This document shows, in pieces, positions 8,143 through 20,395 of a stretch of DNA of 64,000 nt. This stretch comes from Gammaproteobacteria bacterium (GTDB lineage Bacteria; Pseudomonadota; Gammaproteobacteria; Ga0077536). The notes below the pieces were generated by a model, which searched no databases, was not told where the DNA came from, and worked only from the letters and a program-made list of their open reading frames with translations. The position numbers and the translations under genes were made by a program. Each line of letters starts with the position of its first letter. Position 1 is the first letter of the stretch. The stretch is from the NCBI GenBank assembly GCA_963662545.2, contig CAXXLL010000003.1:128001-192000 (forward strand), given 5' to 3'.

Positions 8143-10409
8143 TCGAAAGTCGAAGCCTTGAATTGCTCGACGGCTTCAGCGCCATTTTCTACTTCGGTAA
8201 TCTGGTAGGGTTCCTTTTTCAGATAGGCCTTGATCAGCAGCCGATTATCCGGATTGTCTTCGACCAGAAGAATGCGAGCTGCTGCGACTACCGGAACCGG
8301 CTCGATCGGCCGTTCGGCAACGTCGGGGGCTTGGACTGACGACACCTTCTTCAAAGCGTCTGCCAATTGGCCCCTTTTGACCGGTTTGACGACATACTCC
8401 GCATGGGTCAAATCTATTATCTGTTCGGCCCCTGCGGCGAGAGTCGATGGACGAAACATCACGATTGCCGGCACCGAAAATCCGGCCGCGCGGATCTCAC
8501 TCAATAGATGCGCATCGTTCGTGCCCTTGAGATCCGAGTCAATCAACAACAAATCGTAAGGCGTTCCCGAGCCGTCGGCCTGCTTCACGCGCTCGAACCC
8601 AGCCAAGCCATTGTCCACCGATTCTGTTTTGATCTGCTGGGATGCGAACAAGTCGGTCAGCATCGCTTCGTTGTGCGCGTTGCCGTCGACGATTAAAACT
8701 GATCGAATACCGGGAGCCCAAGCCTCAGGCACAGCAGGTTCGCCCTGTCCCGGTTGCAACATAACGTCGAACTGAAATGTGCTGCCTTTCTCTTCGTCGC
8801 TCTCCACCCAGATCTGCCCGCCCATCATTTCAACGAGACGCTTGGAGATCGTGAGACCGAGGCCGGTACCGCCGTACTTTCTCGTTGTCGAACTGTCGAC
8901 CTGGGTAAAGCTCGAAAATATTTCGTCCAACTTCGACGCTGGGATGCCGATACCCGAATCGCATACTTCGAAATGCAGCCACAATTTACTCCGGGACGCG
9001 TCTTTCAATCGGACTCGGGTGACGATCTGACCGCTTTCGGTGAATTTAATTGCGTTGCCGATAAGGTTCAGAATAATTTGACGAAGTCGCCCAGGATCGC
9101 CGTGCGCAAACAAGGGAACGTCCGTGGCGAAATGCGATATAAGCTCGAGCCCCTTGGCATCCGCCTTCAAGGCATAGATGTCGACGGCCTGTTCCAGAAT
9201 GTCGAGGAGGTTGAAGTCTATTTCCTCGAGGCTAAGCTGGCGCGCCTCGATTTTTGAGAGATCGAGAATGTCGTTAACCAGGCTGAGCAGTGCTTCGCCG
9301 GAATTCTTGAATACGCCGACGTACTTCTCCTGTTCACGGTTAAGTTTCGTTTCTGATAGAAGCTCGGCCATACCGATGATGGCATTCAGTGGCGTCCTTA
9401 TTTCGTGGCTCATACTCGCCAGGAAGTCCGATTTGACCAGGGAGGCCTCGAGCGCCTGATCGCGCGCCTCGGCCAGCTCGGGCGTTTGCTGCCTTACCTG
9501 CTCTTCGATCACGCGGTTACGGGCTTCGAGTTCTCGCGCCTGTAATTCCTTGGCGCGCGCCAGCGCTACCAGTAAGAGCGTGACCCCAACGCCGAGAAAT
9601 AAAGCGACGAAGACGAGGCCTTTGTCGATTTCCGTCCACAAGAGATCCTTGCCAGTGAGCAACCGGATCGAATAACGATCGAGTCGAATGGACGTGTCTT
9701 CTCCGAGGGGCTTGACCAGCGCCCCGCTACGGGGAGACGCCGGAGTTTTGGAATATACCAGCCGTCGTCCGGCGACACCTTCCGATTCCGTGTACACGGC
9801 AATATTCATGGCCGGATCGACTGCGAGCACCTGCACCAGGCTCGGTAAGTCGATAGCCAGCGCGGCCAAACCGATACGCCCCTCTGCATCGCCCGCTGTT
9901 GAACTCATCTGCACCAGGTAGAAGGGGTTGTCGTTGCTCCCATCCACTTCGTGCACGAGCGGAATCGCAGCAGATCCGCCGGCCACGACCTGCAGGACAA
10001 TGCGTCTGCCACCGCCCTTCGTCATTAGATTCAGGAGGGAACTGTCTGCAAATTCGCCGACGCTATGCAGGATACGGATTTCTCCGGAAGCCGAGACCTC
10101 GAGATATGCCATGCCGCGAATGTAATCGTAGCGCTCGAGTATGCCGCCCGTGTAGCGTGCAAATCGGTCAGCGTTCAGTGGATCACTCGTGGCAATGAAA
10201 CTCGCAAGATTATCGATGACCGCATCCGCCGTCTGGATGTTTGCGGCAACGGCGTTTTGTACCGATATCGCATCGAAGGCGAAATTGCGGGTTTCGCTCT
10301 CGAGGGCGTTGTTCCATGCGAGCATAAGCAGCGCGCCCGAGAAAGAAACGCCAAGTGCCGCCGCTACGAAGTAGAAGAACAGAGCAGAGGGATGCCGTTT
10401 CTCGGACAT
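8143..10409 (-). pseudogene. Membrane hybrid sensor histidine kinase, truncated in its C-terminal receiver domain by the IS end
   Basis: Two TM segments, FLASMSHEIRTPLN, NAIKFT, DSGIGI, GGTGLGL, ILLVEDNPDN; the protein runs into the IR (FEV|VSQFEI) before the phospho-Asp. Confidence 0.85.
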
Positions 10410-10451
10410 TAATATCGCTCTCGTAACGGACGCGCCCTCATTGCCGAACGC

Positions 10452-10757
10452 TCATTGATCCAGCACGACATCGACCCGCGACAGGTAATCCGCAAGCTTC
10501 TCAGTGCCGGTTTTAACTGCCGCTGCATCCTCCACCAATGCCGCCTCTTCGATGGCCGATCCGATCTCGGTGATCTCGTCGAAACCATATCCGCCACCAG
10601 CGCCCTTCATGCTGTGGCCAATCAACCGGATTTCCGTGAAATCCGGAACCTGCAAGAATTCCGTCAACCGGTCTACATCTTTGCGACGGTTTTCGAGAAA
10701 TCCCGGTACGAGATCTTCCAGATCGGGGTCGATCCTTACCTTAATCCTGTCATCCAC
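10452..10757 (-). CDS. Stand-alone Hpt phosphotransfer protein
   Basis: IGHSMKGAGGGYGF Hpt motif; GTG start with a G-rich RBS. Confidence 0.85.
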   Translation of the reverse strand: MDDRIKVRIDPDLEDLVPGFLENRRKDVDRLTEFLQVPDFTEIRLIGHSMKGAGGGYGFDEITEIGSAIEEAALVEDAAAVKTGTEKLADYLSRVDVVLDQ

Positions 10758-10797
10758 TGCTCGCCCCCTCACGGACACATACGGCCCGTTTCTCCAT

Positions 10798-12162
10798 TCA
10801 ATCCTCTTTCGAAGCAACCCTGAAATCCGCGGCATCCAATGAGTGTTGATTCAGAAGTTTATAAAATTCCGTACGATTCCGCCCGGCCATCTTCGCTGCA
10901 TTTACGACATTCCCTTCAGTTACGCGCAGTACGCTGACAAGGTATTTGCGTTCGAATTCCGCCTTCGCCTCTTTCAAGGTCCTAATATGTACGGGTTCCT
11001 CCCGTAGAGCCCGCTGCGCCATCGATAAGGGAATAATATCGCCTTTGGTCAAGGTCACGCAGAGTTCGACCGCATTGGCCAGCTGCCGGATATTGCCCGG
11101 CCAGGACGCACCTGACAGATAGGCCGTCGCATCGGGCGCGAAGCGCTTTGTCCTGGTTTCGGTTTTTTGCGCGTGCGCTACGAGGAAGTGCTCAAGCAGC
11201 ATCGGAACGTCATCCGGTCGTTCCGAGAGCCGCGGCATCATCAACGGTACGACGTTCAATCGATAATAAAGATCTTCTCGAAATTCGCCATTGCTTACGA
11301 GCGCTTCAAGATCGTTATGAGTCGCCGAGATGATGCGTACGTTCACGGGAAGCGTTTTGGTCGACCCAACTGGCCGGATTTCGAAATCTTGTAGTACTCG
11401 CAAGAGCTTTACCTGGAGGTCCAGCGGCATATCGCCAATCTCGTCGAGAAACAGCGTGCCGCCGTTTGCCGCAAGAAACAGGCCTTCGTGTTTTGTATTC
11501 GCTCCTGTAAATGCACCCTTTTCGTGTCCGAACAACTCGGATTCGAGCAGTTGTTCGGGAATCGCGCCGCAATTCACTCCGATGAACGGAAATTCGCTGC
11601 GCGGACTTGCATCGTGAATCGCCCGTGCAAGAACCTCCTTGCCGGTGCCGGTGGCCCCGCTGATGAACACCGTGATGTCGCCCTGCGCCAGGAGTTCTGC
11701 CTGCTCGATGAGTTCGGCCATGACATCACTGCGATAAATGATGTTGCGCGCAAGATCACCAGTGCCTTTACGCCGAGACCGTATGTGCCGATCGATCTCA
11801 TTAAGAAATTCGTCCTTGTCGATCGGTTTCGTGAGGAATGCGGACGTGCCGAGGTGTGTCGCTTTTACCGCATCGGGAATTTGCGCCTGGCCGCTCAGCA
11901 TGATCACCGGTGTAAGCGCATTATCCTCGTGAATACGCGTGACGAGCGTCATCCCGTCCATTTCGTCCATGAACAGGTCGGTCACCACGATATCCGGCCG
12001 CGCGGCGGAAAGCTTGCGTAAGGCTTCGGTACCCGACGCCACTGCAATGGCGTCGAATCCGGCATTTTCCAGCCACTTAGACAGCAGCTTGAGCATGTCC
12101 GGATCGTCATCGACGACCAGCACCTTGCCCTTGGATACCGCCAGATTCTCGAGTTCCACCAT
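10798..12162 (-). CDS. Sigma54-dependent response regulator, GlrR/QseF-like
   Basis: Receiver domain, GATGTGKE Walker A, GAFTGA, LFLDEIGDM, C-terminal AGRNRTEFYKLL typical of GlrR. Confidence 0.88.
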   Translation of the reverse strand: MVELENLAVSKGKVLVVDDDPDMLKLLSKWLENAGFDAIAVASGTEALRKLSAARPDIVVTDLFMDEMDGMTLVTRIHEDNALTPVIMLSGQAQIPDAVKATHLGTSAFLTKPIDKDEFLNEIDRHIRSRRKGTGDLARNIIYRSDVMAELIEQAELLAQGDITVFISGATGTGKEVLARAIHDASPRSEFPFIGVNCGAIPEQLLESELFGHEKGAFTGANTKHEGLFLAANGGTLFLDEIGDMPLDLQVKLLRVLQDFEIRPVGSTKTLPVNVRIISATHNDLEALVSNGEFREDLYYRLNVVPLMMPRLSERPDDVPMLLEHFLVAHAQKTETRTKRFAPDATAYLSGASWPGNIRQLANAVELCVTLTKGDIIPLSMAQRALREEPVHIRTLKEAKAEFERKYLVSVLRVTEGNVVNAAKMAGRNRTEFYKLLNQHSLDAADFRVASKED

Positions 12163-12210
12163 TTAACCCACCGTGCGATTTAGCACCCGATTCCAATTAC
12201 GATTGTAATT

Positions 12211-12297
12211 AACCACAGAGCTCACAAAGAAATAAATTATATTGTGGGCTGTAAACGATCCATTTTTTTCTCTGTGTGCTCTGTGTTCTCTGTGGTT
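12211..12297. repeat. Hairpin element AACCACAGAG...CTCTGTGGTT with 9-nt periodic arms
   Basis: aaccacagagctcacaaaga ... ctctgtgtgctctgtgttctctgtggtt; a related copy is at 50123-50197. Confidence 0.7.
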
Positions 12298-12381
12298 TTA
12301 TTGTGTTGCTCTGTAGACCACATGGTTATCCGTTCAACTGCTAAGATCCTGCCTATGATTCGGACCGGCGTCGGGGTGTCC

Positions 12382-14214
12382 TCACTCGACGGTGACCGAT
12401 TTGGCCAGGTTGCGCGGTTGATCGACATCAGCACCCTTGAGCACCGCCACGTGATAGGAAAACAGTTGGAGCGGAACGGTGTAGACCACCGGCGCTATCG
12501 GATCTTCCGCGGGCGCGATATTGAAAACATGAATCCCCGGTTGCGCCGCGACCTCCACGTTTGAATCAGCGAATATGTAAAGTTCGCCGCCGCGCGCCCG
12601 GACTTCTTCGAGATTCGATTTAAGTTTTTCCAGCAACTCGTTGTTCGGCGCAATCGAAATCACGGGCATGTCCTCGTCGACCAGGGCGAGCGGCCCGTGC
12701 TTGAGTTCGCCAGCGGGGTAGGCTTCGGCGTGGATGTAGGATATTTCCTTAAGCTTGAGCGCACCTTCCAATGCGATCGGATACATCGACCCGCGACCCA
12801 GATACAAAGTGTGGTCCTTGTTCGCAAATTCCTGGGCTAATTCGGCGATGCGGTCGTTCAACTCCAACACGCCGTTGATCTTTCCGGGCAGGGATTCGAG
12901 CTGCCGTACGAGATCGGCCTCGGTATCCGAGTTCATTGCGTTGCGCCGGCCCAGTGCAACGACGAGCAGCATCAGGGCGACCAGTTGGGTCGTGAACGCT
13001 TTCGTCGAAGCGACGCCGATTTCCGGGCCCGCCCTCGTCATCAAAACCAGTTCCGACTCGCGCGTCAAGGAACTTTCGGGGACATTACAGATCGCCAACG
13101 AGTGCGCATAACCCCAGTTTTTCGCCTCGCGCAGCGCCGCCAGCGTGTCGGCGGTCTCGCCAGATTGGGAAATCGTTACGAACAGCGCATCGTCTGCTAC
13201 CACGGGCCGACGGTAGCGAAATTCACTCGCGACTTCGACCGTGCACGGCACGCCTGCGAGGTCTTCCATCCAGTAGCGCGCAACGAGTGCGGCATGATAG
13301 CTGGTGCCGCACGCCACGATCGTAACCGACTTGACTGTGTCGAGGACGCGATCGGCTCCGAGTCCAAAGGTAGTATCCAGCACGCGACCTTTCTCGATAC
13401 GGCCTTCGAGCGTTTCCGCGATCGCGCGGGGCTGGTCGAATATCTCCTTCAACATGTAATGTCGGTAACCGGATTTATCGGCGGCGTCGGCGGAAAGTTC
13501 AGAAATGGATTCCGGGCGCGTAACCCGCTGGCCATTTTCGTCGTAAATTCGAACGACGTTACGCGTAATTTCGGCAACGTCGCCTTCTTCCAGGAAAATG
13601 AAACGTTGCGTCACCGGCAGCAGGGCGAAAACATCGGAGGCGACAAAGTTCTCCCCAATCCCAAGGCCAATCACGAGCGGGCTTCCGCGGCGGGCAACGA
13701 CAAGTCTTTCAGTCATCGTCTTGGACAACACGCCGAGCGCGTAAGCGCCTTTGAGATCGCGCGTCGTTCGCTGTACGGCTTTCAGCAGATCGTCGCCTTC
13801 CTGCACGTAGTCACACACACGATTAACGATGACTTCGGTATCGGTATCCGAATGGAATTCGTGCCCCGCCTTGAGTTGCTCTTCGCGGAGACTCTCGTGG
13901 TTCTCGATGATACCGTTATGGACCAGCGCGATCGTCTCGCGGCAGACATGGGGGTGCGCGTTACGTACCGACGGCTCGCCGTGGGTTGCCCAGCGCGTAT
14001 GCGCGATGCCGATGCCGCCCGCATGGGACTCCGATTCGAGGGCTTCTTCGAGCGCCGTGACTTTGCCCTGAACCCGGGTTCGCTTGATACCCTCGGAACC
14101 CGAAATCACGGCGATGCCGGCCGAATCATAGCCACGGTATTCCAACCGCTTAAGGCCCTCGAGCAATATCGGCGCAACATCGCGTTGCGCCACGGCTCCT
14201 ACTATTCCACACAT
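12382..14214 (-). CDS. glmS: Glutamine--fructose-6-phosphate aminotransferase
   Basis: [43 protein letters not shown]. Confidence 0.98.
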   Translation of the reverse strand: MCGIVGAVAQRDVAPILLEGLKRLEYRGYDSAGIAVISGSEGIKRTRVQGKVTALEEALESESHAGGIGIAHTRWATHGEPSVRNAHPHVCRETIALVHNGIIENHESLREEQLKAGHEFHSDTDTEVIVNRVCDYVQEGDDLLKAVQRTTRDLKGAYALGVLSKTMTERLVVARRGSPLVIGLGIGENFVASDVFALLPVTQRFIFLEEGDVAEITRNVVRIYDENGQRVTRPESISELSADAADKSGYRHYMLKEIFDQPRAIAETLEGRIEKGRVLDTTFGLGADRVLDTVKSVTIVACGTSYHAALVARYWMEDLAGVPCTVEVASEFRYRRPVVADDALFVTISQSGETADTLAALREAKNWGYAHSLAICNVPESSLTRESELVLMTRAGPEIGVASTKAFTTQLVALMLLVVALGRRNAMNSDTEADLVRQLESLPGKINGVLELNDRIAELAQEFANKDHTLYLGRGSMYPIALEGALKLKEISYIHAEAYPAGELKHGPLALVDEDMPVISIAPNNELLEKLKSNLEEVRARGGELYIFADSNVEVAAQPGIHVFNIAPAEDPIAPVVYTVPLQLFSYHVAVLKGADVDQPRNLAKSVTVE

Positions 14215-14443
14215 TCGCGCATTCCTATCTTAATGAGTGTTTCGTCCCCCAGGACGGAAACTTTCAATTTTACATCACGGCGTGCTCGCAAATTGCGACG
14301 GGATTGGCGAAATGATCAACGCTCCCAGCCCACATTTCTCACCGCACACCGTCGTGAGGGTACGGCGGCATGGCCGTTCGGTGGCGCACGGAGCGAAAGA
14401 CGGCACCGGGGTAGCAGACACGCAGAGGTAGGATCTTGGAGGA

Positions 14444-14847
14444 TGGTCGGGGCGAGAGGATTTACTCGCCACGTCCCTGTGGCTCGCCCCTGCGGGGCCA
14501 TCACAGCCCTTCGGGCCGGGATGTTCAAAACCGCTCCCGGCGGTTTTGTGAACCTCGGTTTCGGTTCGCAGCCTTTCCCGACCATTTTCAATTAAGTAAT
14601 TAATGACCTTCACTTTCTCCGAAAGGCCATGAATTACTTAATTGAAAATGGTCGGGGCGAGAGGATTTACTCGCCACGTCCCTGTGGCTCGCCCCTGCGG
14701 GGCCATCCCAGCCCTTCGGGCTGGGATGTTCAAAACCGCTCCCGGCGGTTTTGTGAACCTCGGTTTCGGTTCGCAGCCTTTCCCGACCATCTTGTGAATA
14801 AATCATGGCCTTACCTTTCTTCGAAAGGCCATGATTTATTCACAAGA
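14444..14847 (-). repeat. Two tandem ~200-bp tRNA-linked repeats, each carrying the tRNA-Pro 3' end
   Basis: TGGTCGGGGCGAGAGGATT at 14444, 14649 and 14848 (the tRNA); near-identical hairpin-rich bodies. Confidence 0.88.
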
Positions 14848-14924
<77 letters not shown>

Positions 14925-15052
14925 ACATGATTTTCAAACGTAGAAACAGGCTTGGAACCTGCGGGTTGGAGATTAGACGGTTTCGCAGCGGAGCGCCAGC
15001 CGCCGGCCGGAGTCACGGTAAAACCCGCGCCGGGGGAACTAGATTGCGAAGA

Positions 15053-15409
15053 TTAACGTCGCAGGATGTCGAGAACTTCTTCGAGTTCTTGCCTGAGCTG
15101 ACGCACGATCTGTTGGCTCATGCTCGAATCGGCTTTGACCTCTTCTCCCGAAAGCTTCTGCCGGGCTCCGCCTATGGTGAACCCGTGCTCATAGAGGAGG
15201 CTGCGGATCTGGCGGATGAGGATTACATCCTGACGCTGGTAGTATCGGCGATTGCCACGGCGTTTAATCGGCTTGAGCTGGGGGAATTCCTGCTCCCAGT
15301 AGCGGAGCACGTGCGGCTTCACCGCACATAATTCGCTAACTTCCCCGATCGTGAAGTAACGCTTACCGGGAATGACGGGCAGTTCGTTATTGTTCGATGC
15401 TTCCAGCAT
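15053..15409 (-). CDS. MerR-family transcriptional regulator
   Basis: [25 protein letters not shown]; conserved neighbour of ihfA. Confidence 0.93.
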   Translation of the reverse strand: MLEASNNNELPVIPGKRYFTIGEVSELCAVKPHVLRYWEQEFPQLKPIKRRGNRRYYQRQDVILIRQIRSLLYEHGFTIGGARQKLSGEEVKADSSMSQQIVRQLRQELEEVLDILRR

Positions 15410-15689
15410 AAGCTTCTACTCTGGCTTTCAGTTTCTGACCGGGCCTAAATGTAACGACGCGCCGCGCGCTGATCGGAATCTCCTCGCCGGTTTTGGGATT
15501 GCGCCCCGGTCTCTGGTTCTTATCGCGAAGATCGAAGTTACCAAAGCCTGATAACTTAACTTGTTGACCCGCCTCTAGAGATGCTCGGATCTCCTCGAAG
15601 AATGCCTCGACGAGTTCCTTGGCTTCGCGTTTGTTGAGGCCCAAATCCTCGAACAATCGCTCTGCCATTTCGGCCTTGGTCAACGCCAT
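15387..15689 (-). CDS. ihfA: Integration host factor alpha
   Basis: [13 protein letters not shown]...SGFGNF...[14 protein letters not shown]. Confidence 0.97.
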   Translation of the reverse strand: MALTKAEMAERLFEDLGLNKREAKELVEAFFEEIRASLEAGQQVKLSGFGNFDLRDKNQRPGRNPKTGEEIPISARRVVTFRPGQKLKARVEAYAGSIEQ

Positions 15690-15693
15690 CGAA

Positions 15694-18063
15694 CTACTCC
15701 CTCAATCTCCCCCCAACGCGATTCGAAAGGTTTTCGAGCACGCGCTGCATCGCGCTATCGACTTCGTCATCCACAAGAGTGCTGGAAAGGGCCTGGAAAA
15801 GCAAGCCTATGGTGAGACTTTTTTTTTCGTTATCAATACCTTGCCCTCGATATACGTCAAATAACTGCAGATCTTTTAGATGCTCGCCAGCCGCTTCCCG
15901 CACCGCTTCGAGACAGGCGGTGGCCGCCACCGATTCGTCCACGATCACGTTGATATCGCGCCGAACTGCCGGAAATTTCGATATCGGCCGAAACTTCGGA
16001 ATCGAGGGGGCGGCCCCAAAATTATAGGAAAATTCGAACAGAAACAAGGGCTTATCAACTTCGATGGACTGAGCAATCACAGGGTGTAAGGCGCCCAGAC
16101 AGCCGATGTTCTCGGTCCGGAGCATGATGCGGGCACTCTGCCCCGGGTGCAGGGCTGGGTGCGTACCAGGTTCGATCTTGAGCCCAGCCAGGCCCAGGGT
16201 TTTTATTAGGGATTCAACATCCTGTTTCAAATCATAAAAATCCGTGTCTCGCAGTGGCTCACCCCATTGTTGCAGCACTGCTCGACCACAGCGCACCCCC
16301 GAAATTCGATGAACTTGCGACAATTGACCCCCATCACGTCGAAAAACCATCCCGATTTCGAACAGGCTGATGTCTTCGCGCTGGCGATTCAGGTTGTAAC
16401 GGGCGGCGACGGCGAGCCCCGGCCACAGGGAGCGCCGCATGGCAGACATGTCGCTGGAGATCGGGTTTTCCAGCAAGACGGGCTCCACATCCGGCTCGAA
16501 CAGCCGGCTCAAGTCCCGATCGATGAAGCTGTAGGTGACGGCCTCGAAATAACCGCGGGCGGTCAGGCATCGTCTCAGGCTGCCTTCGACCGTCGATTCG
16601 CGTACCGGGACCGCAGGCGCGGCTGCGCCTGGTGGGATCCGGCAGGGGATAGCGTCGTATCCGTGTACGCGCGCGACCTCCTCAATGAGGTCCTCCTCCA
16701 TGGCGATATCGAATCGAAACGCGGGTGGGGATACCTGCCATGTCCCGCCGCGACGCTCGACCTTCATCTCGAGAGATTCGAAAATCTTCTCGATGCGCCC
16801 CTCATCTACCCGGACCCCGAGCAAGCGTTCAACCGCGGCCGGACGAAACTCGATCGTCGCGGGTAACGCCGTAGTGCCAAGGTCCGACACTTCGCACGGC
16901 CCGGCGGATCCGCCGCAGATCTCCAGGATCAACGCCGTTGCCCGTTCGACGGCGCGCGCCTGCATGGTTGGATCGACACCCCGTTCGAACCGCGTCGAAG
17001 CGTCGGTATGCAGCCGGTAACGCCGCGCGACACCGGCGAGGCGCACGGGTTCGAAGAATGCGCTTTCGAGAAAGACCTTGGTTGTAACGGCCGACACGGC
17101 CGTCATCTCCCCGCCCATGACGCCCGCCAAGGCAACCGGACCGGATTCGTCGGTGATCACGAGCGTACCTTCGTCGAGTTCGAGTTCCTGTCCGTCAAGC
17201 AATATGAGGCGCTCGCCCGCGTTCGCGCCGCGCACGATAATTCGTTTCTCAAGCTTGTCGCAATCGAAGACGTGCATCGGCTGGCCGAATTCGAGCATCA
17301 CGTAGTTGGTCACGTCGACCAACGGGTGTACGCAGCGAACACCCGATCGTCGCAAGCGTTCCTGCATCCACAGGGGCGTTCGACCGTGTGGGTCGAGGCC
17401 CTCGATCACACGTCCGGCGTAGCGCGGACAAGCATCGCCATCCGCCAGCTCAACTGTGAATCGGACGTCGCTTTTTGCAACTACGCTCGCCACCTCGGGC
17501 ATCTTCATCGGTGAGTCGGTGAGGGTGGCGAGATCGCGCGCAATACCGATTATGCAAAAGCAATCACCCCGATTCGGGGTTAGATCGATGTCGATAATGG
17601 CGTCGTCAAGACCGAGTACCTCCGTGAGCTGCGCGCCGGGCAACGCCGAAGCCGGTAGTTCGAGAATCCCCGATGCATCCTCACCCAGACCCAGCTCCGC
17701 CGCCGAACACAGCATGCCGGACGATTCGACGCCCCGAATACGGGCGCGCTCGATAGTGCGACCGCCCGGCAGGCTAATGCCAGGCGCGGCATAGGCCGTC
17801 TTCATCGACGGCACCACATTGGGCGCACCGCACACGACCTGGTGTACCTCCCGGCCGTCGGAAACGCGGCAGAGACTCAAGCGATCGGCACGAGGATGTG
17901 CTTGAACTTCGATGACTTCACTGACGATGACGCCGGCCAGCGAGGGCGCCGCCGGCACGATATTGCCGACTTCGAGACCACCGAGCGTTAGGCGCTCGGC
18001 GATGGCGTCGACGTCGAGCGGTGGGTCGACCCACTCGCGCAACCATTGTTCGCTCACCTTCAT
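15694..18063 (-). CDS. pheT: Phenylalanyl-tRNA synthetase beta
   Basis: [44 protein letters not shown]. Confidence 0.98.
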   Translation of the reverse strand: MKVSEQWLREWVDPPLDVDAIAERLTLGGLEVGNIVPAAPSLAGVIVSEVIEVQAHPRADRLSLCRVSDGREVHQVVCGAPNVVPSMKTAYAAPGISLPGGRTIERARIRGVESSGMLCSAAELGLGEDASGILELPASALPGAQLTEVLGLDDAIIDIDLTPNRGDCFCIIGIARDLATLTDSPMKMPEVASVVAKSDVRFTVELADGDACPRYAGRVIEGLDPHGRTPLWMQERLRRSGVRCVHPLVDVTNYVMLEFGQPMHVFDCDKLEKRIIVRGANAGERLILLDGQELELDEGTLVITDESGPVALAGVMGGEMTAVSAVTTKVFLESAFFEPVRLAGVARRYRLHTDASTRFERGVDPTMQARAVERATALILEICGGSAGPCEVSDLGTTALPATIEFRPAAVERLLGVRVDEGRIEKIFESLEMKVERRGGTWQVSPPAFRFDIAMEEDLIEEVARVHGYDAIPCRIPPGAAAPAVPVRESTVEGSLRRCLTARGYFEAVTYSFIDRDLSRLFEPDVEPVLLENPISSDMSAMRRSLWPGLAVAARYNLNRQREDISLFEIGMVFRRDGGQLSQVHRISGVRCGRAVLQQWGEPLRDTDFYDLKQDVESLIKTLGLAGLKIEPGTHPALHPGQSARIMLRTENIGCLGALHPVIAQSIEVDKPLFLFEFSYNFGAAPSIPKFRPISKFPAVRRDINVIVDESVAATACLEAVREAAGEHLKDLQLFDVYRGQGIDNEKKSLTIGLLFQALSSTLVDDEVDSAMQRVLENLSNRVGGRLRE

Positions 18064-18091
18064 CAGCGTCTCTGGTAATGTGCCGCGGCAC

Positions 18092-19090
18092 TCAAGCGAA
18101 CTGCCTCAGGAACTGGATGTCGTTGTCGAAAAAGACCCTGAGGTCGGAAATCCCGTGGCGCAGCATGGCCATACGCTCCACACCGAGACCAAATGCGAAT
18201 CCACGGTAGCGCTCGCTGTCGATGCCGACGCTTGCGAACACATTCGGGTGCACCATTCCGCACCCCATGATCTCCAACCAGTCACCGATACCGTGTTCCG
18301 ATTCGAGCTTGATATCGACCTCCATCGACGGTTCGGTGAATGGAAAGTACGATGGGCGGTAACGAATCTGCAGATCGTCCCGTTCGAAGAAACACTTCAG
18401 GAAAGCGTCGAGCACGCCCTTGAGATCGGCCATGGTCACGTCTTCATCGATGAGCAGGCCTTCGACCTGGTGAAACATCGGTGTGTGGGTCTGATCGTAA
18501 TCGCGGCGATAAACTCGGCCGGGCGCGATGATGCGCAGCGGCGGCTGCTGCCGTTCCATGACGCGGATCTGGACGGGAGAGGTGTGGGTTCGCAGTAGGG
18601 TTCCGTCAGCGAAGTAAAAGGTGTCGTGCATTGCACGCGCAGGATGGTGGGCGGGGATATTAAGGGCTTCGAAGTTGTGGTAGTCGTCCTCGATTTCGGG
18701 ACCCAGCACGACGTCGAATCCGGCGTGGCGAAAAATAGACTCGATGTGCTCCATCACGCTGCTGATCGGATGGGCGCCGCCTGGCAGAACGCCGCGCCCG
18801 GGCAGGGTGACGTCAATTCGATCGCGCTCGAGGCTCGCTTCGAGATCGGCATTTTGGAGCGCCTTGCGTCGCATCTCAACGGTCGCATTGACGCGCTGCT
18901 TGGCGTCGTTGATCGCCTGGCCGGCCGCCGGGCGCTCCGCGGCCGGCAGTTGACCCAGATTCTTCAGCAAGGCGGTCAGTTGACCGTTCTTTCCAAGGTA
19001 CTGGATCCGGACGTCGTCCAGCGCCTCGAGCGTGTCCGCTACGGCAGTGGCGCTCTCGGCTTCCGCGACAATATTTTCGACGTCGGTCAT
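18092..19090 (-). CDS. pheS: Phenylalanyl-tRNA synthetase alpha
   Basis: [40 protein letters not shown]. Confidence 0.98.
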   Translation of the reverse strand: MTDVENIVAEAESATAVADTLEALDDVRIQYLGKNGQLTALLKNLGQLPAAERPAAGQAINDAKQRVNATVEMRRKALQNADLEASLERDRIDVTLPGRGVLPGGAHPISSVMEHIESIFRHAGFDVVLGPEIEDDYHNFEALNIPAHHPARAMHDTFYFADGTLLRTHTSPVQIRVMERQQPPLRIIAPGRVYRRDYDQTHTPMFHQVEGLLIDEDVTMADLKGVLDAFLKCFFERDDLQIRYRPSYFPFTEPSMEVDIKLESEHGIGDWLEIMGCGMVHPNVFASVGIDSERYRGFAFGLGVERMAMLRHGISDLRVFFDNDIQFLRQFA

Positions 19091-19172
19091 GTGGACGGTA
19101 ATCGAACGATTACGACAGGCGCGGGAGGTCCCCGCCTCCCCTATTTATTCGGTCAAACTGCCGCGCTTGGCT

Positions 19173-19532
19173 TCAGCCGGCAAGCGCGGTCTTCGAACGC
19201 TCCGCAAGTGCCGCGAATGCGGCTTGGTCGTTCACGGCCAGGTCGGCGAGCATCTTACGATCGACGACAATTTCCGCGCGCGCAAGCCCGTGCATGAATA
19301 CGGAATAGCTCAACCCGTGTTCGCGTGCTGCTGCATTAATACGAACGATCCAAAGGGCGCGAAACTGCCGCTTGCGCTGGCGGCGATCACGATAAGCGTA
19401 TTGGCCGGCCTTGATGACCGCCTGCTTGGCGACCCGGAACACATTCTTGCGCCGGCCGCGGTAGCCCTTGGCTTGCCGAATCACTTTTTTGTGCCGGGCG
19501 TGCGCCTGCACCCCGCGCTTTACTCGTGCCAT
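19173..19532 (-). CDS. rplT: 50S ribosomal protein L20
   Basis: MARVKRGV...[18 protein letters not shown]. Confidence 0.98.
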   Translation of the reverse strand: MARVKRGVQAHARHKKVIRQAKGYRGRRKNVFRVAKQAVIKAGQYAYRDRRQRKRQFRALWIVRINAAAREHGLSYSVFMHGLARAEIVVDRKMLADLAVNDQAAFAALAERSKTALAG

Positions 19533-19567
19533 CGCTTAGTAATCCTCAATACAAATGTTCGAATCCC

Positions 19568-19765
19568 TTAAAACCCGGGGATCAATCGACGTACTTGGTC
19601 CTTGTCGGCGTGCGCGATCAGCGCACCTTGCCGCAATTTCCGTTTTCGCTTCGGGCTCTTTTTCGTCAGGATATGGCTCTTGAACGATTGCCGCCGCTTG
19701 ATCTTCCCGGTACTCGTTTTTGCGAAGCGTTTTGCCGCACCGCGATTCGTCCTCATTTTCGGCAT
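19568..19765 (-). CDS. rpmI: 50S ribosomal protein L35
   Basis: [14 protein letters not shown]...[15 protein letters not shown]. Confidence 0.97.
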   Translation of the reverse strand: MPKMRTNRGAAKRFAKTSTGKIKRRQSFKSHILTKKSPKRKRKLRQGALIAHADKDQVRRLIPGF

Positions 19766-19869
19766 GCTGTAAAACCTATCTCAAAATTATTCACGTACGC
19801 GCCGCTTTATGGCTTGTTAATAAGCCCCAAGCTCTCAAATACGATCACAATGAACGACGAAGATTCGAT

Positions 19870-20391
19870 CTATTGGTGCCGCTTGGGCGCGATCACCATT
19901 ACCATTTGTCGCCCTTCGAGTTTCGGGTATTGCTCCACGTTACCCAACTCATCGAGGTCGGTTTCGACGCGATCGAGCATTTGCGCGCCGAGTTCTTGAT
20001 GAGCCATCTCACGCCCACGAAACCGTAAGGTCACTTTAACCTTGTCGCCGCCCTCCAGAAATCGTCTGAGGTTGCGGAGCTTGATTTGATAGTCGCCTTC
20101 ATCCGTACCAGGCCGGAACTTGACTTCCTTGACCTGGATTTGTTTCTGCTTTTTCTTCGCCGCATGACGTTTCTTGTTCTGATCGAAAAGAAACTTGCCG
20201 AAATCCATGACCCGGCATACGGGCGGTTCGCCGGTCGGTACGATCTCCACGAGATCCAGAGCAGATGATTCGGCCTCTAGACGTGCGTCTTCGATCGACA
20301 TGACACCGCGGTTACTTCCGTCGGCGGCTATCAATCTGACTTCGGGTACGTCTATGGCACCGTTTACGCGATTCTTTTTTTCGGTGGCTAT
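19870..20391 (-). CDS. infC: Translation initiation factor IF-3, with a non-canonical ATA start
   Basis: [23 protein letters not shown]; in-frame ATA at 20391 downstream of GGAGG in the thrS tail. Confidence 0.95.
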   Translation of the reverse strand: MATEKKNRVNGAIDVPEVRLIAADGSNRGVMSIEDARLEAESSALDLVEIVPTGEPPVCRVMDFGKFLFDQNKKRHAAKKKQKQIQVKEVKFRPGTDEGDYQIKLRNLRRFLEGGDKVKVTLRFRGREMAHQELGAQMLDRVETDLDELGNVEQYPKLEGRQMVMVIAPKRHQ

Positions 20392-20395
20392 ATTC

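Noticed and set aside
12300-12382. Tn7 insertion at attTn7 downstream of glmS
   Set aside because: No TGT...ACA Tn7 ends or tns genes are visible.
14215-14443. glmS ribozyme upstream of glmS
   Set aside because: I could not find the conserved AGCGC/GACGAGG core on the coding strand.
12985-14595. 536-aa plus-strand ORF and similar long antisense ORFs over uvrB, pheT, the aminotransferase and the large membrane gene
   Set aside because: Shadow frames of GC-rich genes, with no recognisable motifs.
14444-14847. Extra tRNA-Pro genes or CRISPR
   Set aside because: Only the 3' 19 nt match the tRNA, with no D or anticodon arm; units are ~200 bp with near-identical bodies.
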